DNA from: Tubulanus polymorphus
Lineage: Eukaryota; Animalia; Nemertea
Assembly (NCBI RefSeq): GCF_964204645.1
Contig: NC_134030.1
Span: forward strand, 5,560,778-5,624,777
Length of the DNA: 64,000 bases
Direction of reading: 5' to 3'
The number at the start of each line of letters is the position of its first letter. Positions within the stretch are counted from its first letter, which is position 1. A program made the position numbers and the translations under genes. Positions 1-13,800 of the stretch are shown here, piece by piece. Under the pieces are notes generated by a model that saw only the letters and a program-made list of their open reading frames with translations, did not search any database and had not been told where the DNA came from.

Positions 1-2773
1 TGATTGCAATTGTCCTCAGTGGCCAATATTCACCGGATTCATGACACAATTTACAAACATAACACCGAAGTGGCAATTTACAATTACGGTAATTGTTCCC
101 CGTCGAGCGATCTGTTGCCCCCAGGTGCCCGGTGCGATCACGTCCTCGTCCACCAGTGTCTATTGTATATACATACACGATTCCACGATTCCACGGGTTT
201 CGTATTAATCGCCGTTGTAAGGATTGCTTTCATCCGAAATGGTAGCTTTTTATTTCATACGAAATAATTCCGTTATTCACTTTGCACATCGACGTTGCTA
301 CCCACCCACATGTTTTAGCCGCTACAATAAGTTAATCGAAACGGTTAATTTGTTGCGCATCTTGACAAGGGAACGTTTATGGGATTTGAGTTTCCAACGG
401 GTTTTCGTTCAATTTCATTTTGATTTCCCTGTCGCTCGCACCAATCTGCCTAACATTTGATTCGCTTAATTATCGATGTTTCTGCGGCACGTTGTACAAC
501 AGTTTTTTGTTGTTATATCTCGATTTGTAAATGGAAATGCTTCCTTCGAAGCTCACCTGATAGACAGTTAAATCAATCACAGATTTGTTTTTCGAAATAG
601 AATAGTCATCGAGACAAGAGTCCATGTCGAGACGTAGTTCAAACGTCCGTGTTCTGGTATGATCACTCTTTCCATTAGAATTGGTGATTTGTCTTTGAGA
701 TGCACCAACTACTAGTTTCTACTGCTCCCAAAAGTATCAGAATACTCTTAAAATAAAAATAACTTAGTTCATTATCAATTAAACTTGCATTTACTGGTCT
801 ACAACTAAGACGCGCGTGTTTATGTCCCGCGAACCCTTTGCTGACACGTCGTTTTGGCAAACTTGCTATGACTCAAATAGATGGGTTTTCTTTTTTTTCA
901 AACTTTCTTCAAAGATTGAATAACGACGATGGCAATACTTCTGTCCAACGGTTTCTATAGCCGTGTAGTCGAAAAAGCAGCAACATATGGTAGGATTTAG
1001 AGAACACATTGCGCACAAGTGGTGTTGCGTATACCAGTTACGTCACTGTTTCATAATCCTATAATGAAAATATTAACAATGCACGTGCCTGATATTATGC
1101 CACGAGCTCCAGGTAAACGGGACCAGTTGTTATAAACGACGCCTGATTGCGTCCGTATGGTTTAATTAGTTGTTTAGGAAAGGATAGCTAGGCAATTGCA
1201 CTGCCTCGATTAATTCCGATAATTCACATTCGTTGAAATTAACGCTTTGTATATGCTAGAATGAAGTCAAACTCGAGTTAGAGACCATGGAACACCGGGT
1301 GCTTCATCGACCTAGAACCGACTGGGCTTCCAGAACTGATCGCTCACAATGGAAATCAGTGAAATTTACGTGTTTCTAATCGTTCGCTAAATTCTGAATG
1401 TCGAATATTCATTATGCCATTTGACCGCTATAATTCATCCACGTTTTGCACGTGTTCGCAATGAGTTAGAATGGGTTTGATTTGCGGCATCGATGGACGA
1501 ACAATTTTATTGCTTTAGACGCTCTCGTATAAGAAGGTTATCCGAAGATAATTGCAGCCGATGCAACATGATTGCAGACTCGCGTCGTGGGTCAGTAGTA
1601 ATTATGTCTCGGCCGGGGCTGTATTTCTGTCGGTGCGGAACTCGATTACATATGAAGCCCTTTCTTCTCTAAGTATATACCTTTCAAACATCTGCCAGGT
1701 TCGGATTCCCGTGCTTTACATGTCCATAGCGTATGGCGTGGTCAACCAAATGAAGTATTGCATTCTTTGGATTGAATATCTCAAATACCCGGGATTGTTC
1801 AAGTCTTCCAAAATCGACGTAAACAGATGTTAGTTTGATATTTTTCGCAATAGATGTATAGGAAAAAATACAAAATCTTGTAGAATAAAACGCTGCGTTT
1901 GTGGTATAGTCATTTTAGCGTGGTGTAGTCCAAGTAAAAACAAAAGCCTTTGACCCGTAATGTCGAGAAGCCCATATAGTTTGTTCGTGTCGGGAATTTT
2001 TTTCTTTAAATCTGAACCATTATTAGCTCCCTCGCATATTTCGGGTGCATCTGTCGGTCAGTTCAAAGTCAGATGTTCGCGCCGAATGTTGATACATCAA
2101 CGGGACCGCTAACAAAGCATTCGCAGAAAAGCCAACATGTCATAAGTGACTTTCTTATAATAAGTTGATAAATGATGTACCAATTACGGCGATGAGAACA
2201 GATGCCCGTATCATAGCTACCGGGTCAGGATCCCACAGCCAACCGAATTTTGGTCACCGCCTTGTCCGCGTTTTATGCCTTTTTAATGACCGCGCGACAA
2301 AGGCCGATTGCTGTTGTGAGATCTAAATACCATCAGTCAAACGTGTATAACGTTTGCTATTCTTAATCCTTAATTCTCGACTTGGTGGCGATTTCTTCGG
2401 CTGACCGCTGCAGATCCCACGGGCTTATTCGACTACGCGGAAATGTCCGAATTAACAGGCATCGAGCGTCGATATTAAATCCACCGCTAATCCCGCTGAG
2501 GTGTTCGCCAAGGAGAGTCGTTATCCCCTAGACGTATCGATGATACGCGTGTAAGTCCGGTTAATGAGGTCTGTGGATAATGTTTATTTTACTGGCGTTT
2601 TATGTCTCATCGGACTTATGGATTCGTCTTTTTCCGTCAGTGGTTGTTCGTGATATATATCTCTTTGCCGGATCTCTCCTCGTGTATTGAGAAACTTGCA
2701 CCGAAAGATCTACTGGGATTTTTATTGAACTGCTTAAGCTGACTCCAGAATTCCAACGGCTCACGATATTCTA

Positions 2774-3031
2774 CATGCTCTTAGAACAAATGGTTCTTCT
2801 GAAAACTTTATGGGGTTCTTGGCTTGCCTATGTGGAGAAACCCTTAAAGATTTTTCAAATAACCTGATCGAGTGGGCTCTATGTGATTTCTATAATCTAC
2901 AAGATGGGATGGAATTTGTGAGCTCTTCGAAGGAGCCTATCACTTAACAAAGAATACCTCAAAAACCGCAAATAACTCATTTGATAAGTTCTTTAAAGAA
3001 TTCCCTAAGAACCATCTGTTCCAACAGTGTG
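2774..3031. mobile_element. Degenerate MITE-like element (~258 bp) in the Hox3 intron
   Basis: Left end catgctcttagaacaaatggttctt (2774-2798) versus reverse complement of right end 3007-3031, cacactgttggaacagatggttctt: 20/25 identical. No coding capacity and no clear TSD. Confidence 0.55.
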
Positions 3032-3608
3032 AATAGACATATTCATGTCACTAATTTCAAGTCGGGTCGTGGTCATCGTATATTTAAATCTGAATTTTCA
3101 TTTGGAATTTACCACTGAAGACGTGAACTTTTTACAACCGTTCGATTTCGAGGTTCATGTTTGAGTGAGACAGCTGTTATTAGCCGAATTTGAATATTCA
3201 ATCCGTGTGATTTGACTGTCAAAGCGATCAGCACGATGATTAATAAGATCGAACTTTGACCCGATGGAATTAGCATCAAGGTTACGACGAGGCGTTGCCC
3301 TTGAGTCAGCTCACGGTGTAAATTCTTTGTACCACATGCGATGATAATTATATTCCAAAATGGCTTGTGATGATTTTATCAGAAATTGAGACAAAGTGAC
3401 TTCTCGAGATCCTTCATCGTCCCAAATCATGAGAGAATATATGTTTTGCATATTATTTATATTCGTTATATTACAGATACAATTAAAAAAAACAAATTCA
3501 TTCATTCATCCAGACATCATCAACCCAAATCATGGTTTTGTGGTTCATTTAACAATTAACACATTGCCCCCAGTAAAAAGCTTAATTAACTTTTCTCCTA
3601 TGTTTCAG

Positions 3609-4420
3609 ACGGCAACGGACCACCGAAACGTTCCAGAACGGCATATACAAGTGCTCAGCTTGTAGAATTGGAGAAAGAATTCCATTATAACCGATATTTG
3701 TGCCGACCGAGGCGCATCGAAATGGCAGCTTTACTGAACTTATCCGAAAGGCAGATCAAAATATGGTTTCAAAATCGACGCATGAAATATAAAAAGGACC
3801 AAAAGCAAAAACTGCTTATGGAAAAAATTCAAATAGAACAGAACAGCATAGGTGGCGCTAGTGGACCACCGGACAGTGTCGAAACTATGGGGAATGCGAA
3901 TTCCGGCTCGGAATCGGAAACGGACAGTTCGAGTACTCCAGTGCCTCAAGGGGGAATTCCATCGGAACCGGGGTCAGATGCTCGCGGTAATCCGGACCAC
4001 GGTCAGAGCCCGCCTAATCGATCGCCTAACATGCCCTGCAGTACACAACAAACGCATATGACCGGTGTCGACTTGCCGAAAGGACATTATACCGGCTTGT
4101 TACAAGACGAACGACAACTACCGAATTCTCCAACTGTCGAGCATCACCACATGAATGCCAACTATGGCATCCAACAGTACAATCAGAACATGCCGTCGAG
4201 CATGCAACAAACGGACAACATGTCTCATTCCACTACTAACGGTCCGCTTCAAAACATGAGTTATATGAGTGGTACCGGGCTAGGACCTGGACCGGGGCCT
4301 ATGCACCTGCCTATTCAGCAGGTACAAGCGACAGATTCGAATGGATACTACTTTAACAATTCCGTCTCGTACTCTCAGGGAACTTATAGCGTATCTCCAC
4401 CGAAATTGACGCATATCTAA
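3609..4420 (+). CDS. Hox3: Hox3 (paralogy group 3) homeobox protein, terminal coding exon; 5'-partial (hexapeptide exon upstream of window)
   Basis: Acceptor ttttctcctatgtttcAG at 3607-3608 (phase 1; in-frame TAA at 3587 just upstream). The frame reads [64 protein letters not shown] (homeodomain 3623-3802), which is diagnostic of Hox3. The C-terminus PKLTHI* matches the Hox3 PKLTHL motif. The ORF-track start at 3668 is an internal TTG. Confidence 0.96.
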
Positions 4421-7400
4421 GAAGAAACGTGTAATAACGGTTAACGACAACAACGACTTGTATGTACGAGACCATAACGTTCAAAACGAAACCAATTATC
4501 ATCAAAATACTCAAATCTATCTGATCGATTATTGGCCGGCCATATATTCAAATATTGGCCTCGTATTTCTACTGATCTGTCGTATGTACCTCCGCATCCA
4601 CCAGTTAGCCTGGTTCGAAGAATTCACGATGTCATTCGGCCTCGTTCTGCGGGGCCGATATCATTAGGCGGCGAGGGTATAATTTATCAATAGAATGTAA
4701 GAATAGTGATCTCTCTACTGTATAAAATAATGAAGAAGGAGTCTTTTTTCTGAAGTCCTTTCCGTATGGTTTTGTATATATGGCTTCTTAATAGTATTCT
4801 CAACCCGTCGAGCGTGTTCTTTTGCATCCACGTATAGTTCGAACACAGCCAACCCTTGACGGTTCGAAGTATAATAAAAGCACACAAGTATTTTGTAAAA
4901 GTAACATCTCTGCTCCGATATAGATTTGTTATTTGTGGTTTGTAAAAATCGTCAAATATGCTACAACGATATGGAACTTCATAAAACCTTTGGGAAATTT
5001 TTGAAAGCCTGTGTTTGTGTAATTCAGAGATGGATAGTTATTGTGTTTTGATGTAAAATGTATGTATCATAATAATGCACATTGTAATGTTTTGTCTGTG
5101 TATCCAGGTTCTATATACAGGCACCTTGCCTCTAACATCTAAAATTGAGTAATTTACAACTACTTCTACAAATATGGCTTATTATCAATTATCCTTTTAA
5201 CACTACGTATATCTTATCGTTTTTTAAAAGATGATGTTTTCTTATTATATAGATTTTCTTGTTTCTATTCTATATAGGCTACCAGGGTAAACTTAGATAC
5301 TTTTTATTAGTAGACACTCTTATTTGAAGATATACTATTTCCTTATGTTAGAAATGCTGAAGACTGTTGACTTAATCTAATGTCATCTGACCATTTTAAA
5401 ACGATTTAATTGTATTTGACGAATTCTATTTTGTCACGCATGAAGTGTAACGAAAATTATAGCTGTCAAATATGATGCTTGTTGAAATTGAATACTTCGT
5501 CAGATTGTGTTGTTGTTGTCGACTTCGACTTTCACTTGGGGGTAAATTTCTGAAGAAAAATTATCGTATTTGACTTATCCGCTCGGGTCTTCAGTTCAGT
5601 AGTTTTAGTAATTATTCATACAGGGTAGGCCAAAATGCAATGGTAATAAAGGTTTTTTATCAAATGAAAATTATATAGATTTATTTAAGATGGAATAAAA
5701 CAGGGTTTATTATCAGAAATAGGTATCAATTCCTTGGGTGATTTTCGACTTTGAGTTAGTAGGAAGATTTTACAACGGCTAAATGAGGCCAACATAGATT
5801 TTATTTATAGAGCAGAAGTTGCTATGCTTAGATGGTCTGCTGAACAGTAGCGAAAGGCTCCATATTTCCATTATTTCTATGACATCTGATAGTCCATCAC
5901 TCTTATTTGGTATCATTTCAATTTCAACTTCAGTTCCGTTTATGACTGTTGAATATACTTAGTGCAAAAATGCTGTATTAGTAACAATTTCAATTCTGGA
6001 CAAAAATCGTCGAATATAAACTTCTTTTATTATTCCCCTGTGAATCAATGCATAGCTGGGGAACTAATAATTGCGTTCCCATGGCCGAAGAGCTGTGTAA
6101 ATAAAAGATCGTATAATCATGGTATGATTTTGAATTCTCTAGATGTTATAGAGCGGGTAGGACTTGCATGCGCATAGGATTTTAGAATCTTAAAATAGAT
6201 AGATTATTAGCTGGGCAGTTGAGAGTTTGGTATTACAACCACTGGTGTTACATTTCCCTGGTGTAATCTCCGTCACCAAACGATTTAAAGACAAATAGCA
6301 ATAAATAAATACCGTATATTCTATAAGCATAATATGAACGTTTACTCATGGTACACGTTCAGGACCCAGGACCCATCATACATTATCAAGAGATTCGTTT
6401 GAATTTTCTCAGTATTTCCAAGATGATGAATATGAAGCAAAGCTGGGTCCAATAGTGCAAAGTCTCTCGACACTGGCAGCCTAATTGGCATAATATAGTG
6501 AATGCAGTTTTAAAACTATTGAATTATCATTATTAGGTAGGATTTTTCACATAGATATTTTTGTCAAGGCGCCTACCTCTCGAATGACCTTTGTATATTA
6601 GATGATATATAATGTATATTAGTACGTGTAAATATGGGATCATAACTTATTGAATGATAGGTTATTCCTTATGTAAATTGTGCGCTGTATGAAATGAAAT
6701 TTACTTTTGACTTGCATCAACGACGAGGGTTATCTAACATACCAGAATTTGAGGTACACTTATCGATAAAATGAGATGTATCTATAATATGATTGTCACC
6801 CAGGCAATTTCTAGAGCTTGGTTCGGAAGTTTTTACCAAAATAGGTCATAGCTCTGCATGGAATAATGATCACCCAGTCTGACTAAGTTTCAAAAACGTT
6901 AAAAGCCTTGATTTCATTTACTTGTCGATGACCGTGCTTCGTTGTTTCGTGCCGAAGCCTGAATTAGAAATGAAATGTCATTGTATGCGTCGTTCAACTA
7001 GCGACTAAAAATTATGTAGAAATATTGTTGTAACTGTGAAAATGAATGTTAGTTCATGTGTATATGATTATATTTATCTCGCCATTTTTGGATTTTGTGA
7101 AGACAACAAAACTACACATTATGTACTGTGGAACCCTTGTGTACAGTGAACCCAATTCGTAAAGCATATATTCGTGTATGAAAAGACGGCATTGATGACG
7201 GACCGTCGATTGCAGACGTTGTGTGTGTATTTTCCTGGTTGAATTTGGTATGATTCAAAAATGTTATATCCGTTGTTTATACGGGGAAAGTTCAAACTCT
7301 TCCTCGTGGCGTTAAGCTACAAAATCGGGTAGGTCTGGTGTTGGCATTGATTTTGCCAGTTACCACTTTCTCTGCCAAAATGGAAAAATTATAAATTGAA

Positions 7401-7560
7401 CTCCTCAGATATCATCAGGACAACTTAGTGCCGACCTTTTTCATCGTGCCTCTGTTCAGAAATACTAAACTGCCAACAACAAGAATGTCTTTACTCAATA
7501 TATGGCTTAATTTCGATGTCAAAATAAATTGTTAAATTTGATAAGCTCTGTCCTTTTTAC
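4421..7560 (+). other. Putative long Hox3 3' UTR (3' end uncertain)
   Basis: AT-rich, TGTA-rich sequence after the stop. Several AATAAA hexamers (4873, 5645, 5694, ~6100, ~6300, ~7523) and Pumilio-type TGTAHATA elements (4773, 6096, 6627). Confidence 0.45.
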
Positions 7561-9700
7561 TGTTTACTGTTCTTGGTACAACTGTTTCAGGATTAGAATA
7601 TTCATTTTATGGCCAAAACAGTAGCCTTAGATTGTATTAGATTAGCAGCCTTAGATTGTCTTTATCTGAGCCCTCGAATCCACCACAGCGCCGGGAACGA
7701 GGCAAGGGCTTTTAAACTGTAAGATCTGAAATCTGAATACGAAATATAGATGATCGGTCGGATTTACAATTGTAAATGTCGGTGTTGGTTTTCCTGGTTT
7801 TGGTATACACATTTCCTCAGCCTGGACCGGCAATCGGAAGTCTCGGAATGTGTTAAAGTAAACCAGTCATTCAACTTGACAATCATCGACCCGGCATAGA
7901 TGATGGAAGATTAATTAAAGCATCAGCATTTAGCTTTCAATGGTCAAGATTTTGATCATCCATTTTGAAAATCCATAGTTGCTGCTAGTTCTATTCTATG
8001 CGTTGGAAGAATAGATGACTAACCAAGGTCATAATGTGCTAGTTCTGCTGAACAACATGACATCGTGTCCGATTTGCCCCCGATCTTTCATGCCCCAAAC
8101 GCCCTACCATCGCTGAACCCTTCCCCTTATGACATTTGTCTTGGAGATTGGCTCCTCTATCATCGCCTGTCTCCCTTCGCTTTCATATGATAATAAATAT
8201 TCTTTTTAATCTCGAGATTGGCTGTTTTGCAAGTTTTATCACGGTAACCCCGACATGATCTGTCAATTCTCGGTCTCTCAATCGTTTCTTATGCAAATTT
8301 ACCCGATCGCAAAATTCTCGAAGGTCATTACCGGAACACGGGCTTTGCTGCCTAGGCTGTGCTGCCACCATTAGGTGAACCCAATCACTAATTTTTGCGA
8401 ATAAATAAACATTTTTAAAACTGCATGTCTATTGAGCTTTTCATTTGTCGTGGCGTATAATGACATGAATTTTTAAGATAAACAGAACACTCAAAATGAT
8501 TTCGTAAAGACAAGAAATTTCTAATATATATACGTGTACATAGAGAAAGCTTCACTCTTGCCGACTCCGCACATAATGAATTTGAAAGAAATTATCAGAT
8601 ATTTTCGAGAAAAAAGTATAGTTAATATCTGCATTTGTTTTGAATCTTATGAATATTCAATGAAAACTGAGCAATACCGAACCGCTGCTGCTGCGCCTAT
8701 GTCTTCCACCAAAAATCGATGGAGAGACATAGACATATATATGTATCCATATTGAATGTACAAGGACCGGCAGTGCATACCAGATAGACAATTCACGATT
8801 TTGTTCACGATGATCGTCGTCGCAGGTAAGACGTTTACTCTCCTCAGCGACACTTCCCTGTTCTCCTGTACAATGCTGTTATCTTAACTGTTAAACGAAG
8901 TATATTCAATGCATTTTATTTGTGTGTACTAAGGCTAAACAAAAATGATACCTTGTTTCTCCGCAGCGGTCGGGTCATTTTTGTAAAATATGATAAAATT
9001 CATAAACAGTTCATTTCTATAGCGGCCGGGTCTGTTATGGTAAAATTGATCACGATTTTAAAAAAAGTAATGTATAGGGTAGATAGGCGGCCGGCCGGGT
9101 CAACATTTAAGCTCAGCAGAGCGGAGAAACAAGGTATCAATTTTTTTAGCCTAAATGCACAGTTTTGTGAACTGTTCAATATGTATGGGATACAGTTTAT
9201 AAATAAATCATGTGTAAAATCAGTTTTACCTACATTTTTTCAGTTATGTTTGATACATGTACAAACATAGATTTTATTTCTATTTTGATACATTTATGTT
9301 AGCCAGAACCAAGAGCTCGCCCTCGACAGGCAGGGTCGGTTACTATGTAAAGTTTATTATTTCTTTTCGCTGTCTTATCTCATATGACCTAGATTTATTG
9401 GGATGTGGTCATCGTTGACCTATAATATCGCGCTGGCAGTGATGTAATTCATTGTGCCTTATATCCTCCTTGTACAAATGGTGTATCAAAACTACTGTGG
9501 ACATGTAGCTGTTCACACGTAAAGAGAAGACCCAGGACTACCCTGTACTGTAGGCCTATGTGGTTGGCCTATATACTATGTGGTATAGTCTCACACCCAC
9601 CTTAAAAGATTGAAGCTGCGAAAAAGCTCAAGGCGAGGGGAAGCGAAGGTAAGGTCGTATTTGTAATGCTTTGTTTTGAGTCTTCATCAATTGTGCCCTG

Positions 9701-9839
9701 TGGCCAGTTGCACAGTCGTGACTTAAGTCGAAAAGTGGTCTTAAATCTTAAGACCAGTCTTAAGTTGTTAGATTGGCTATAGAACTAAGTTGGTCTTAGA
9801 CTGGTCTTAAGTCTAAGCCATGACTATGCAACCGGCTCC
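9701..9839. mobile_element. MITE (139 bp), PIF/Harbinger-like
   Basis: Imperfect terminal inverted repeats: gccagttgcacagtcgtgactta versus reverse complement gccggttgcatagtcatggctta (4 mismatches). Flanked by CTG on both sides (9698-9700 and 9840-9842), a candidate 3-bp TSD. Internal GGTCTTAA/TTAAGACC subrepeats and a palindrome. Confidence 0.75.
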
Positions 9840-10788
9840 CTGGTCTGATAAATCCCAGCCGCAGCCCACTAAGTTTCGATCTCGCTTTCTGCTTATGATT
9901 CACTGTACAACCCTTAAAAGGAATGTTCGTTGGTCATGAAATCGACTACGGCGCGGGTCGATACAAGTTTCTCTAAGTTGATGAAATCTCTTACGAAAAT
10001 CCATCATAGCGTCAAAGAGATAGGCCTAATCGTTACTCGGCGGAATGTGTGACTTGCGGACAAATGAGCTTCGACTTTCAACTGATTTGACCTCGAATTA
10101 TTTTTCATTCAAATTCATTTTTCATGAAAGGGCTGCGAAGTGTATTATCAGCAAAAACAGAGGTGTCGTTGCATAATCAGGAACGGTCTGATAACGCCGT
10201 AACAACGATAATCGCCTCGCGTACATTGCATCACCGTGACAGTGAGCTAGATTTATTTGCCAAATTCATCACTACATGGGTCCTGTGACAGCTGTACTGA
10301 CAGGAAAACATGTTCCTGCGCCTACGAACTGACAACCGACTCAAAATCAAAAATTAAATCTGGCATCGTCGACTTCACTTTATGTCAATTCTATTCTTGT
10401 GTCATGCAAATTCGATTTTATGACTGGAAAACATCGCGTGAAACAATAACTGTCATTTTCACCGACATTCGTTCGGAAAACACTTAGTCACGGCATTAAA
10501 GGTTAAACATATGAAATTTAGATTCACTTGAAGATTTTTTTCACCGACATGAAGGCAATAATATTAGCGTCGCAAAAGATGTACATTCGTATAGCCCAAA
10601 GCACTCGGCCAGGAAAAAAACGTTATGTGAAAAACGTCTTTTCTGTTTATACATTGTAGTTTGATGTCCTTGTACACGGTGTATGCAACGGAGCAATAGA
10701 AAAGATACACAGGAAGTGCATAAAATGCACATAAATGTATATGTATTCAAAGGGACCTCAGAAAGGAGTGAAACTTTGGAAACCTTAC

Positions 10789-10818
10789 GATTCCATCTAC
10801 ATCGATTCCATCTACATC
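10789..10818. repeat. 15-bp tandem duplication (gattccatctacatc x2)
   Basis: Sequence reads gattccatctacatc-gattccatctacatc. Confidence 0.8.
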
Positions 10819-13800
10819 CTAGCGTCCACTAACTAATCAGCAAATATCATTAAACCAGCTGAAAGAGCGTACACGAAACCACAAAATCTTAATTAAACTG
10901 GGGTTACTGCACGATTCCGTCTTGTTTGACAAGATAAACCATTTCGATCAATCGGCAAAATCTCCTACAGCAAGCGGAAGAAAAAAAAACATCGACTCGG
11001 AGACGACTTCAATTGGCGGCGAATCTCTTTGATGTTGCGTCATCGTGCGTTACTCTCCCCTTGCGACGCAATCAATCTTAGATACGGCGAACGATGGATC
11101 ACTGGAAAATAACGACGGAAAGCCAAACGATTTTCGTGTAATGTTATTTTATTGACAACAGTCCATCAGAATGAAATGATTACATCAACGTGGTACCACC
11201 AACACTGAGCTGGTACCTGACCATTCAAACGGACCTATCATCTTGGCGTGAAAGAGGCATTGAATCAAACCGCCGTGGGAAACGGACGTCATCGAAAGCA
11301 AGATCTTTTGCTCTAATCATTTATTGACCCCTCTGCGGATCATTAACAGGACGCCTTTTGATTCGATACATCGGGCCGGGCATTTGATCTAGATGATAGT
11401 ATCCCTCGGGCAAGCCGGCGAAACGAATACCGGGGTCGGTGGCCGCTGGAAACTGGACCCGGGATTGATGTTTCTAGTGCAACAGGACATTCTACTCGTT
11501 TTGCATTAGAAATTTGACATATTCTCATCTTTGGTTACAAATGGGGATGACCTAATTTGCCAAAGTTCACCAAAAGACGCATTTAGTCTTGATCAGTCCA
11601 GACAACATAGGCGTAGTTTACGCAAGAAATACTCTATATTAAATGAAGGTACAGTGTACGCTTTTTGCGGATTTTATGACCCACCCGAAACCCCCAACCA
11701 TCACTTTGTATTAAATGCATCGGAGAAAATGAAACAATGCGTCCCCGATGAGTTCAACGACAGTAACGTTTAAATGATTGATGATGACAAGAAAACATAT
11801 CCTGTTTGCGTCAAACATAGTACAACGTAAAAATGTACGTTTTGAAATATTAATCCCGAAACATGTCGTATTTCGAATTACTCCCCGGGGAAGGCACCGA
11901 AGATGCGAACAGCGCACGTTTTTCGAATCACACGTGAATTTTCATCAGGATTCTAACGTCAATGAATTGAACGATAATGGATCGTGGATCGAGACAACAC
12001 TTTGTAATGAGGAGAAAAATTATTTTTGTTCCATAATTTTACCAGGTTTCCACATGGGGCCCGTTAAAAAGTTAGCTGATGCAAAGATCGATTTAGCGTG
12101 TTTGAGTTATGCTTCATATCCTACTAACAAGCTGAAACAGAATGATGTCTCCAATTCTCTGTTTTAAGCATTTTCAATGGGCAAGGAAATTGGAGACAGA
12201 CAACACGTAACAAGATGAAAGTCGATGGAATTGGCTAAAAATCTGCGAGTGAAGTATCCTGGGAGTTCGCTTATCACTTGAAATCTGATCGAATATTCCT
12301 TATAGACAATCCAATACCGTTGAGTGTACCGCGGGACCACAGGCGGTCTTGTCCCTTCCGAGTGAATACGTTCTGCTATATGTAATCTTTTAGCAATTGC
12401 CTGAGCGTGGAGTCGAACCACGAAACGGTGCCCAACGACAAGGGAAGCCGGTGATAAGAGAATCCCAGAAGACGTTCACCGAGAAGATAACGACGATTTC
12501 GGAAAGAGGTATAAAAGAAAGAAAACACCGTCATGACTTCTGAGTTTAGGCATCGTTTTGACTAGAGCGACATATTTCCCGGCCTAATTTATGAAATAAT
12601 GTACTCGTTTATCGACAATCATCAATTTCTGTTATCTAGACAATGGCGTAGATAGAATCGTTTTATCTATGTATTTACGTCAATTAGGCGACATCTTTGA
12701 CACTGTTGTGTTTTCGATGAATCGTCAGTTTTTCTTATTAAAATTTACGTTATCCACGTCGATCATAATATGTATCGCGCGCTTCGGGCCATTGTCGTCG
12801 ATTCAACTGCAGTTTGCATATTAATTAAAAATCAAACAACTCATCAATCAGTTTTTTAACTCGTGCAGGACGTGTTTTAAATTGATGGATGAACATAATT
12901 GTTCGTGACTTTGATGAGGGGGATAAAGAGACAGTTGTGAGATTGTTTAACGGTAAATCTGCTACATTTCGCTATAGAGTTTTAATGGATGGAGTATGAA
13001 TGTCCTTGAACGAGTGATGAATGTAATAAATGAAAAGCAAGGCTACTATCGATGTCAGTGGACCCCAACGCGTCAAACCAGCCCGGTTGATTATACTGTC
13101 CATGGACCCCGAGTACAGTTACACCTTGGTGAACATAGATGCAACTGCTATGTCTATACCAAATATATGTACATATAATCTCAAAGAACCAAATTCCAAA
13201 GTCTAATGGAACGTTTTTTATTTATACTCTCTCATTCAGTGTGTTACATGTATTATTAAACACCTTCTTCGGCGTTGATGACTAGAATTCTTGTCTACGC
13301 AATGAATGACTTTTGGGCCAACCGAAAGCGTTAAAACGTAAGAAAATCTTCTGATTTCGACGTCTAATTTCGATAAATTTACGCCGACGACGAGTTCTTC
13401 TCCGGGCAGGATTGACAGCGCATCATATCGATTTCCAATGCTCATCCCCCATACGTGATTGGCTTGTCGAGTTGATCGGCTAAGACAGTTTTGACATGTT
13501 CGCTTCGGTGTGACATTTCTGAAACAAGAACCAATAAAACCGTGTGCACACGCGTGTTCACTGTGTCATGTTTGCTGGAAATACTTCATTTTCCCTGCGA
13601 GAAACGGCGACGATCAGCTGAGTGAGGTATGTACACGGTTCTTTTTTTATCGTCGTGTCTCAATTTTTCTACGCGTCATACTAAAATAAGGCCATTCGCC
13701 GATAGGAGGCGTAGATTAGTTAAGAAGAACCTAATTACATGTATCATGTTACGACGTAGTGTACTTTTACATCTAATCGAAAAAAGATGTTACACGTCTG

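Noticed and set aside
6573-6579. let-7 seed match CTACCTC downstream of Hox3
   Set aside because: Single 7mer, and it is unclear that the UTR extends this far; compatible with chance.
9539-9590. TACCCTGTA (miR-10-like 5' end) at the start of a weak hairpin, considered as a miR-10/miR-993 paralogue
   Set aside because: Only the first 9 nt match. The fold is about 47 nt with an interrupted stem, too short for a canonical pre-miRNA. Small-RNA reads would be needed to revive it.
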